Below, one piece after another: positions 46,714 to 53,861 of a stretch of 64,000 bases of DNA. Within the stretch, counting starts at the first letter, position 1, and each line of letters begins with the position of its first letter. A program made the position numbers and the translations under genes. Below the pieces are notes generated by a model. That model made no database searches and was not told where the DNA came from. It worked only from the letters and a program-made list of their open reading frames with translations. The stretch lies in sequence record NC_061442.1; one strand, written 5' to 3'.

Positions 46714-46728
46714 ACTGACCTCAAATAG

Positions 46729-46753
46729 AAAAGGGTGACCCGAAGGCCACCCT
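46729..46753 (-). terminator. Intrinsic terminator
   Basis: AGGGUGGCC-UUCG-GGUCACCCU-UUU. Confidence 0.8.
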
Positions 46754-46844
46754 GTGTAGAATGGCGCGCTATGCACCCGACTGGTTAGGTCTACTACGAT
46801 TATTTAACCTCGCAGTAGTGAGCGAGGAGATGGGGATCACCTCC

Positions 46845-47381
46845 TCATGCGGATTGAAGTTGAATGATTTCTTCGTCTTCGATATCCGCGCCAGACCACG
46901 AACGAATCACGGATGCGTTACCACGATTACCTGTCAGCATCATCTTGAGAGATGGCTTGGCATCGCGCTCTGCGTAATAGTCGATCAGAGCTTTATCTGA
47001 ACCGAACCATAAAAGGGAGTGACCGCCCTTAGGGCAGATCAAGAACTGAGTAGGACGTTGAGGTACGCTCAATGTCAGATAGAAGTCACCTGCGCCAGTA
47101 GGTCCCATCATAGGCATAGGCTTCATGATCTGTTGGAAGTCTTTAGCATCTCTAAGACGCATATCACCCAACAACCAAACAGCACCTTCTTCACCTTCAC
47201 GCACGGCGCTCAACGTGCCTTTACGAGAAGTGATAGATCCGAATACATCTTGATCGAATCGAGCCAGCCCAAAGATAAGTGATGCGAGTTTCTTCAAATC
47301 AGGAGTGGTGCATGGACTGTCAATTTTAGCCATGCCCTCAGACCCGATTGTAATCTTCGATAACGAAACAAAGATTTTCAT
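46845..47381 (-). CDS. Hypothetical protein with MKIFVSLSK leader
   Basis: 178 aa; late-type motif upstream. Confidence 0.6.
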   Translation of the reverse strand: MKIFVSLSKITIGSEGMAKIDSPCTTPDLKKLASLIFGLARFDQDVFGSITSRKGTLSAVREGEEGAVWLLGDMRLRDAKDFQQIMKPMPMMGPTGAGDFYLTLSVPQRPTQFLICPKGGHSLLWFGSDKALIDYYAERDAKPSLKMMLTGNRGNASVIRSWSGADIEDEEIIQLQSA

Positions 47382-47417
47382 ATTGTCTTCCAGAGCTGTA
47401 TGATTAATTGTGTTATA

Positions 47418-47424
47418 AAATTAG
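47418..47424 (-). promoter_or_regulatory. Late-type promoter motif CTAATTT
   Basis: After terminator, 37 nt upstream of start. Confidence 0.55.
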
Positions 47425-47448
47425 TGTTTGATCAGACAATTCTGAAAC

Positions 47449-47480
47449 AAAAATGGGCGGCACAAAGGCCACCCATTTTT
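47449..47480 (-). terminator. Intrinsic terminator
   Basis: AAAAAUGGGUGGCC...GCCGCCCAUUUUU stem after clamp-loader stop. Confidence 0.75.
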
Positions 47481-47487
47481 CACTTAT

Positions 47488-48771
47488 TTACTTCTTCTTC
47501 TTTTTCTTTTTCGCAGGCTTGTCGTCTTCGTCGTCTTCGCCCATCTTGACTGACAGCTTACCTTCATAGATATCCGCCATGAGAGTAAGCACTTTGGATT
47601 CCAACATAATGTCTGCTGGTACGGACGTTGAGTTGAAAGCTACTTCGGCATCAGCCAGTGAGGATTGCAGATAGACCATGCTAACCAGATTGACTTTGAT
47701 GTTGTCTTTCTTGGTCATGTTCATGAACATCTTGAGGCCAGCCGACTGCCACTTATTCGTTTCGGCATAATGACCTAACACGCCGTGAATAATCCAACGA
47801 GCTTTCGCAACGATTGCACGTGGGTTGTTCGCTTCACGCAGGAACTGAATTACTGCAATCAGGTCCATAGACAGATACGCACCAATCATCTGGACAGCTT
47901 TCGCTTCCATGTCGATTTCTGGATCTGCTGCTGCTAGTTCGGCAACTAGGTTCTTATCGAACTCCTCACCACCTTTGACCGACGCATAGATGTTCTGCAA
48001 CATCGTGATTGCACCACGCATCTGGCCACCAGCATACTCAGCTACCTGATGAAGTGCCGACGTAGCTTTATCTAGAGCTTTGTCTTTCTTCGGCAGTATG
48101 GAGAGTTGCTCACTAATCTCGACCAAACGCTTATGAATAACATCGGTCGGGATAGGTCTGATAGGCAGTTGCGTCATGCGACTGATCATCGTGTTCTTCA
48201 TCTTCTCAGGGTTCGTTGTTACGAAGATGAATACAACGTGAGCTGGTGGTTGCTCGGTGATTTTCAACAGCTTGGATTCTGCCGCGCTGGACATTAAGTG
48301 GGATTCATCGAAGATGAACACACGGCGTTTGAACATCGGACTCAGAGGTGCGCTGTCCACAATCTTCTGGCTGCCGTCCACTTTACCTGCATCGCCACCC
48401 ATGTCGAACTCTTGCTCGTCAGGGTGTGCACCACGGTCGTGCATCTCACACGAACGACACTTACCGCAGGCGCTGAATGTTTCGCAGTTGATATACTTCG
48501 CCACCAGACGAGCGAACGTTGTCTTACCAGAACCGAGATGACCTGTGATGATCATCGTTGATGGAACTGTCTTCGACTTCTGCCAGCCTTTCATGATCTT
48601 AACTATGTGGTTTTGTCCCACATAGTCTTCGATACGCTTCGGTCTAAACTGATCAGCAAAGTTAATCGTGGTCAGTTCACCAGACTCGGAAGAATCGCCT
48701 TTCTTTTTCTTCGACGGCTTACCCTCGTCAAAGCTACGCGACTTCTTCTTTTTCTTTTCTTCTTTAGCCAT
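47488..48771 (-). CDS. dnaX: Clamp loader, DNA polymerase III gamma/tau-like
   Basis: FRPKRIEDYVGQ, GHLGSGKTTFAR, INC..ACGKCRSC zinc module, IFDESH, LLKITEQPP, FIFVTT, TMISR; poly-Lys termini. Confidence 0.9.
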   Translation of the reverse strand: MAKEEKKKKKSRSFDEGKPSKKKKGDSSESGELTTINFADQFRPKRIEDYVGQNHIVKIMKGWQKSKTVPSTMIITGHLGSGKTTFARLVAKYINCETFSACGKCRSCEMHDRGAHPDEQEFDMGGDAGKVDGSQKIVDSAPLSPMFKRRVFIFDESHLMSSAAESKLLKITEQPPAHVVFIFVTTNPEKMKNTMISRMTQLPIRPIPTDVIHKRLVEISEQLSILPKKDKALDKATSALHQVAEYAGGQMRGAITMLQNIYASVKGGEEFDKNLVAELAAADPEIDMEAKAVQMIGAYLSMDLIAVIQFLREANNPRAIVAKARWIIHGVLGHYAETNKWQSAGLKMFMNMTKKDNIKVNLVSMVYLQSSLADAEVAFNSTSVPADIMLESKVLTLMADIYEGKLSVKMGEDDEDDKPAKKKKKKK

Positions 48772-48808
48772 TTTCAATTCGCCCTTAGTTCTAATGCGTT
48801 ACACCAGT

Positions 48809-48817
48809 TATTTACAG
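48809..48817 (-). promoter_or_regulatory. Phage promoter motif CTGTAAATA
   Basis: After terminator, 38 nt upstream of clamp loader. Confidence 0.75.
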
Positions 48818-48826
48818 TATTTAGAC

Positions 48827-48864
48827 AAAAAGAAAGGACCACATCCAAAACGGAGGGTCCTTCT
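48827..48864 (-). terminator. Intrinsic terminator
   Basis: AGAAGGACC...GGUCCUUUCUUUUU. Confidence 0.65.
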
Positions 48865-48917
48865 ACGTGTAGCAATAAAGTTTGGAATGATAACGCATCG
48901 GCAGTGGGCGCTGACGA

Positions 48918-49115
48918 TTAGGCAAAGCTCAACTCCCAACGTGGAACCACGCGGAAGAATTGCTTAAAGTGGGACGGTGGGTTATTCTTGATTGATTCAA
49001 GTTTCTTTTCCACTACGTCATAATCTTTTATGCCACTCTCGACTGTATGAGTGGTGAACGTACCGTCAGCCTGAATCAAGTCGGCGACAACACGGTAGCT
49101 TGGTTTTCTCAGCAT
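48918..49115 (-). CDS. Small hypothetical protein
   Basis: 65 aa, SD AGGAG; variant promoter CTGTAAACA at 49155-49163. Confidence 0.65.
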   Translation of the reverse strand: MLRKPSYRVVADLIQADGTFTTHTVESGIKDYDVVEKKLESIKNNPPSHFKQFFRVVPRWELSFA

Positions 49116-49184
49116 CTATTCTCCTGAAAACGAAATTCTTATTGCTCTGAATTATGTTTACAGATTACTGGAGTAGTCATAAAA

Positions 49185-49545
49185 GAATAAAGTAAGACAA
49201 ATCTTAAACTCCAATAGGGACTCGTTAGAAATCCTATTGGAGTTCACCCTCAGTGCGATGACGGTCGCCCGAAGGTGTTCTCCCCGTGTCTTTCAAATGC
49301 ACCGACACGGTAGCGCTTGCGGTCTTACGCTCTTGTGTGTGCAGCGCGTCGGCAGCAGGTAGCATTTACGCGCAGCAAAGAGCAGCCGCTTTCGGCCATT
49401 AGCGATAACGCGGTGTTACGCTTAACGGCCTATGTGACTCTGGCCGAGTCTGTACAAAAAAGAGTTCGGCCTATCCCCAATTCGGCAAAAAGAACAGGCC
49501 GAACTAAACATTCAACACACACTCCATGTGCGCTGTTTTGTACTG
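49185..49545 (-). ncRNA. Candidate novel highly structured non-coding RNA (about 360 nt)
   Basis: No credible ORF; about 10 stems, several closed only through minus-strand G-U pairs; 7-bp long-range pairing 49192-98/49322-28; CTAATTT promoter motif at 49550-56. Ends approximate. Confidence 0.7.
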
Positions 49546-49549
49546 TTAC

Positions 49550-49556
49550 AAATTAG
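49550..49556 (-). promoter_or_regulatory. Late-type promoter motif CTAATTT upstream of candidate ncRNA
   Basis: 28 nt past the HAD gene stop, with no ORF following. Confidence 0.55.
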
Positions 49557-49583
49557 AAACATGTTGAAATAATCAGACAATTC

Positions 49584-50171
49584 TTAGTTGAGCATCGGAA
49601 GAAGATTTTCTAAGAAATGCTGGCGATCAAATGAACTAATTCGGTGAGGATGTTTGATGTGCAGGTTCCACGCCTTGTCAAACAGCAACACGTTCTTTGG
49701 TAGGACTACGTTAACACCAACACGCGTGAAGGAATCACGAACGGCCGTAACTGGATTGTCGTCAACAAGAATCCAAGTACCTTCACCGTAAGTCGCATTC
49801 AGAAAAGCAACCTTGTCAGGATGCTCAACGCTGTTTAAGCAGTGAACATGATCGAACAATGACAGGTGCTTCTCCAGAGACTTGCGCGTGTAGCGTTCAC
49901 CTTTTTCGTGGTAACCGCGATGCGTACAGATACCAGCACTGAATCCATCACGAACCAACATCGCAACTGTCTGGATGAAGTACGGACGCATGTTCGCATT
50001 CAACATGAACGTACCTTCGGCAAGCATGTCAATAAAAGGCTGCTTACCGTTCTCGGGTGTAATAAAGGTGTCAGTGCCTGGGTAGATTCCGTAATTCATA
50101 AGATGACACAGCATGAAGTTATGCGTATCAAATGCCGTGTCGTCCATGTCGAAGAAAATATGTTTGATCAT
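49584..50171 (-). CDS. HAD-superfamily nucleotidase (5'(3')-deoxyribonucleotidase-like)
   Basis: IFFDMDDT (motif I), ICTHR (II), DK (III), ILVDDN (IV). Confidence 0.82.
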   Translation of the reverse strand: MIKHIFFDMDDTAFDTHNFMLCHLMNYGIYPGTDTFITPENGKQPFIDMLAEGTFMLNANMRPYFIQTVAMLVRDGFSAGICTHRGYHEKGERYTRKSLEKHLSLFDHVHCLNSVEHPDKVAFLNATYGEGTWILVDDNPVTAVRDSFTRVGVNVVLPKNVLLFDKAWNLHIKHPHRISSFDRQHFLENLLPMLN

Positions 50172-50515
50172 TAATGCCTCGTGCTCTTAACTACCAGAGG
50201 AATATCGTTAATGAAGGCCAGAGTCAGCAACTCGCTGTTAAAGCGCAGGCGCATTTCATCGGCATTCGTAACAAGAATAATATCAGACAGAGGATCAACC
50301 TTGAAGATTGGAACCTCAATAAGTACGGTGGTGTCCTCAGTTTCGTCGTCATCAACAATGAAGTAACCACCGTACATCAAAACAGTATCACCAGAATCGA
50401 CGAGATGACCAACGATTGCGTCCTCTCCGTCCATGATCATGTGCAGAGGCTGATCGATGTAGTAGCCGCTATCATCGTCTGCCCCGAACTCAAAGTGGAA
50501 ATCATCATCGCTCAT
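50171..50515 (-). CDS. Acidic hypothetical protein
   Basis: 114 aa. Confidence 0.6.
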   Translation of the reverse strand: MSDDDFHFEFGADDDSGYYIDQPLHMIMDGEDAIVGHLVDSGDTVLMYGGYFIVDDDETEDTTVLIEVPIFKVDPLSDIILVTNADEMRLRFNSELLTLAFINDIPLVVKSTRH

Positions 50516-50517
50516 GG

Positions 50518-51090
50518 TTAGGCCCTCAAATCAACCAGTATCGAAGCACTCAGGTCTCGGAGCATATCTCGCCCAAGAGAAGTGTACATCGTCTGCGCTA
50601 TAACTATTCGTTCAAGGAAAAGGCGAGAACTGTTAACGTCATGGCCTGTCTTCTGCTGAACGAAGTCGATGATTGATGACGCAGGCTGAATTAGGAATGT
50701 GAGTATCTCGGCGTCGTGGAGCACGTTGCCCATAGCCGTCACAGGACGCATCTCTGTTTCCTGATCGAGAATGTATGAGATGACTCGGTCTTCATTGCCT
50801 ATGTTAGGGAATAGCTTAAAGAACTTGCGTACCGACTTGACTGTCGCCATGAAGTCATAGTCTGGGTTGGTGGGCATACGCAAGAAGAGGGAGGCGAGCA
50901 ACAAGTTTATTTCTAACTGTGGACCTTGTTCAATGTTCAACATTGCATGTGAAGTCAGCACAACATTCAACGAGAAGTCACGAGTGTAGAGCGGGTGAGA
51001 GGTCGCTGTCTGGTCAAAATAGTCAAGGGCGGAACGCAACCCCTGACGTATTAACAGGTGCTCTGCTTTAATGCGAGTCAGGCGATGCAC
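50518..51090 (-). CDS. Hypothetical protein, possibly inactive HD-domain fold
   Basis: Helix pattern HPLY..FSLNV...LLLASLFLRM...VISYILD...VLHDAEIL tracks HD domains but lacks the HD residues. Confidence 0.4.
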   Translation of the reverse strand: MHRLTRIKAEHLLIRQGLRSALDYFDQTATSHPLYTRDFSLNVVLTSHAMLNIEQGPQLEINLLLASLFLRMPTNPDYDFMATVKSVRKFFKLFPNIGNEDRVISYILDQETEMRPVTAMGNVLHDAEILTFLIQPASSIIDFVQQKTGHDVNSSRLFLERIVIAQTMYTSLGRDMLRDLSASILVDLRA

Positions 51091-52064
51091 TACTCAGCAC
51101 CGCGAATCTCTTTCAGACTATTCTTGATCGCTTTGCGTAGCGTCTTACCAACGTCGATGCCGTCGATGTGACGAGCAAACACGTTGGCGAATAGCGTGGT
51201 CGGGTTTTTCATAATCGCCTTGTCGAGATCAGGGCGACCCTCTGCAATTTGCAACTCGCCCGGCCAGAGTTCTGCAACTGCCGCGCTGTCATTAGCAGCA
51301 ATCAGTTCAAGCTCACGGACGGAGATAGAGTTCTGTCGGGCAATCGTACGGAAGATTATGTCAACGAACGGCAGCATGTCTTCGCTAACAACGTTCTTCA
51401 CGTCCTTAGCATCACCAGCACGTTGGAAATCTTCCAGCAGGCTTTCGAGATGTGACTGCGTGATCTTCTGGACGTTACGCAGTTTCTTGAACAGCATCAT
51501 CCAGCGGACCTTGCGCTTGGAACTCAGCAGGTGAGTCCACACAGATTCACCGAGCGCAATCATCAGACGATTGTACACGTCAACGCTCAGGCTATCACGA
51601 TCAACAAAGACAGTCATCTCGTCATGCCATTCGTCCTTACGGAACTTAGAACGGAACGCATGAGTCTTCGACCCCGACTGCTGGACGAAGTTGATTTGTT
51701 TGCAGCGGCGAACAGCTTCGGCCAGATGATATTTCTCAATCACCTTAGGAAGTTTCTTAACGCCCATGCGACACGCTTTTGCTACTTCGGACTCACGACC
51801 GAAAAGAGACAGACGAGGCAAGCCACCGTAGACAGGCATTGAAGCGTACGGTCTGACTGTCACACCGCATACGGACATGCCTGGCTCAGGGTCAGGACCT
51901 AATACGCAGAGAACATCACCCGCCTTAGGACTGAACTTGATTGTCTCAGGGTCTGGCGTACTAAGCGTGTTGGCCAATATACCAACAGTGTTCCCAGTAG
52001 CCAGTACCAAATGGTTTTTGTTACCCTGCCTTACAACAAGGTAATCCTTTTCACTGTGTTTCAT
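51090..52064 (-). CDS. Hypothetical protein
   Basis: 324 aa, SD AAGG; no family recognised. Confidence 0.65.
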   Translation of the reverse strand: MKHSEKDYLVVRQGNKNHLVLATGNTVGILANTLSTPDPETIKFSPKAGDVLCVLGPDPEPGMSVCGVTVRPYASMPVYGGLPRLSLFGRESEVAKACRMGVKKLPKVIEKYHLAEAVRRCKQINFVQQSGSKTHAFRSKFRKDEWHDEMTVFVDRDSLSVDVYNRLMIALGESVWTHLLSSKRKVRWMMLFKKLRNVQKITQSHLESLLEDFQRAGDAKDVKNVVSEDMLPFVDIIFRTIARQNSISVRELELIAANDSAAVAELWPGELQIAEGRPDLDKAIMKNPTTLFANVFARHIDGIDVGKTLRKAIKNSLKEIRGAE

Positions 52065-52072
52065 AACGACCT

Positions 52073-52606
52073 TTATTGAAGTTGATCAGCGATATCGAAC
52101 GTATGGACTTCGGCTGTGTAACCTTGTCGGAACATACGACCTTCCGAACGGCCAGTAGCTTGCTCAAACGATGGAGGCGACCACGAAGTTGAGGCTTCGA
52201 TTGAGATAAGAACTTGCTCGTCCCACATATCACCGTCTTCAAGATAGTCGGCAATCATGTTGAGAGCGGCAGGACGATCAAAGCCCAGATGCGCCAGCTC
52301 GGCGATAATGAGTCGCGGTGCAGTGCGGTCTTTCATTTCGTCGAGTTCATATTGCAGTTCAGCAAGCGTTGTGACTTTGTGAGAGTCCGCACCTGTCATG
52401 CCAGCATAGTCATCTGGTCCGAAATAAGCAATATCAAAGTCAGGGATATCGGTTTGACTAACAAAGAAATGAGGTGCGTCCACCAAAATTGAAGGTGAGG
52501 CGCACATCTGGAGAAAACCCATATAAGGATGTTTAATCTCATGGGCTTCTACCGAACAGGACTTCCCAGCAAGGTCTTGCTTAATGCTGTGTGCGAGATT
52601 ATTCAT
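52073..52606 (-). CDS. Hypothetical protein
   Basis: Likely start ATG 52606 (MNNLAHS, SD GAGG). Confidence 0.6.
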   Translation of the reverse strand: MNNLAHSIKQDLAGKSCSVEAHEIKHPYMGFLQMCASPSILVDAPHFFVSQTDIPDFDIAYFGPDDYAGMTGADSHKVTTLAELQYELDEMKDRTAPRLIIAELAHLGFDRPAALNMIADYLEDGDMWDEQVLISIEASTSWSPPSFEQATGRSEGRMFRQGYTAEVHTFDIADQLQ

Positions 52607-52613
52607 GGTAACC

Positions 52614-52826
52614 TCATTTCTCAGGAGTAGGGGTAAAGGGGCTGTGAACAAACGGGTTTGTCTTATTGACATACAGGAACCCGAATGCGTTTTGTTTGTA
52701 ACTCTGACGCGCGGCCGATTGCTTTTGTTTAGCTTCGGCGTGTTGTGCGTCCTGCTCGTCAAAGATACCTCGACGATGGAACTTAAAATCAGGGTGTACT
52801 GAAATATCTTTGACGATAGCAGTCAT
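52614..52826 (-). CDS. Small hypothetical protein
   Basis: 70 aa, ATGA-coupled to the TnpB-like gene stop. Confidence 0.5.
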   Translation of the reverse strand: MTAIVKDISVHPDFKFHRRGIFDEQDAQHAEAKQKQSAARQSYKQNAFGFLYVNKTNPFVHSPFTPTPEK

Positions 52827-53854
52827 TTTTTATATTGTCCTGTAACTGTATATACCAGGGTTTTCTTGGAGACGCGAGCATTGACTATCAGATACTTAAA
52901 CTCTTTCGTCAAGTCAAGCTCACCAGACGTAACGCCAATGATCGGAATGTTCTTGATCTCACCAAACGTGAGTGTCGTTCCCATGTCATTAATGGAATAC
53001 GAAGACGAAAGTGAAACACTGTTCAGTGACTTCTTGGAAATCATTGAAGGGTGTTTACCGTGTTGGCGTTTTGCATCCAACCACTTCTGCCAATCACTCA
53101 TTGCGTGGTGCATCGAACGTTTGATCAGCGAACGAGGAATATCTCCTTCGTACTGCTTGCGAAACTCCGTGATGACTTTCGAGTCAGGTGCACCTGCAGT
53201 AACGCGACGTTTGTCCTTAAGCGCTTTCTTCAAATGCTCTGACCAATAGTTGTATGCTTCGACACGGATTTTTAAATAGTCTTCCATGTCGGCTGCCTGT
53301 GCTAGGCTACATTCAATTTCAAATGTCACCAACTTACCCCGATAGCTTGGCGTGTCGGCGGCGTGTCGCTCTGCTTGTTTTGCAGCGCGTGTTTCGGCAA
53401 TCAATTTCTCCTTCAGGCACGCCGCCCATGAGTAAGCAAACGTCAAACGCAAATCAGCACCGTGCGTCATCAGGTCAGGACAGAATTGAAGAATCAACGG
53501 AATTGCGTAACCTAGATTACACTTGCGTTCGATAAACGCAGACTTGAGATCGTCTGGGCTGAGTTTACCCGCGCCTAAATCTGCGAACAATTTACGCGTC
53601 TGTTTGAACGATTCGGAAATGTGCGAGCTATCATAGATAACATCATCCATTGATATGCCAGACTCTACAACTTTGGCATATGCTTCTTCAATCGTAACAT
53701 CAGGCCACGTCCTGTACCCAACGTCCGCCAGCAAAAGATTTCGATGACAGTAAAGCTCATACATGTGCAAAAAGTCTGCGACAGGCAGACTCTCTGGGTA
53801 TACGAATTGTTGGGATACTTTCTTTGGCGTGATACTAGCTTTCTTCTTAATCAT
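52823..53854 (-). CDS. TnpB-derived protein: unknown N-terminal domain + TnpB-like WED/REC lobe, no RuvC
   Basis: Residues about 174-343 align by eye with the IS200/IS605 TnpB N-terminal half ([50 protein letters not shown]); the ORF stops just before RuvC-I. Confidence 0.6.
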   Translation of the reverse strand: [343 protein letters not shown]

Positions 53855-53861
53855 CGCGTTC

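Noticed and set aside
46834-46845. GGATCACCTCCT as a 16S rRNA fragment
   Set aside because: Only 12 nt with no flanking rRNA similarity; reported as an SD-like element instead.
49183-49203. 3' tail of the ncRNA as a TnpB-style guide with a target in this window
   Set aside because: The best match noticed was 9 nt (62285-62293), which is chance level, and the tail is better explained by pairing with 49322-28. Targets in the host or the rest of the genome are untested.
49185-49545. tmRNA, RNase P RNA, group I or group II intron identity for the structured RNA
   Set aside because: No tRNA-like acceptor/T-arm with CCA, no tag ORF ending in ALAA, no GAGGAAAGUCC, no P7 or domain V consensus.
49317-49556. 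79-aa plus-strand ORF across the structured region
   Set aside because: TTG start without SD, opposite to all neighbouring genes, no coding bias; RNA structure evidence favours the minus strand.
52823-53854. Active IS200/IS605 insertion sequence
   Set aside because: No tnpA, no RuvC motifs, no subterminal hairpin ends flanking the gene; it is integrated in a phage operon.
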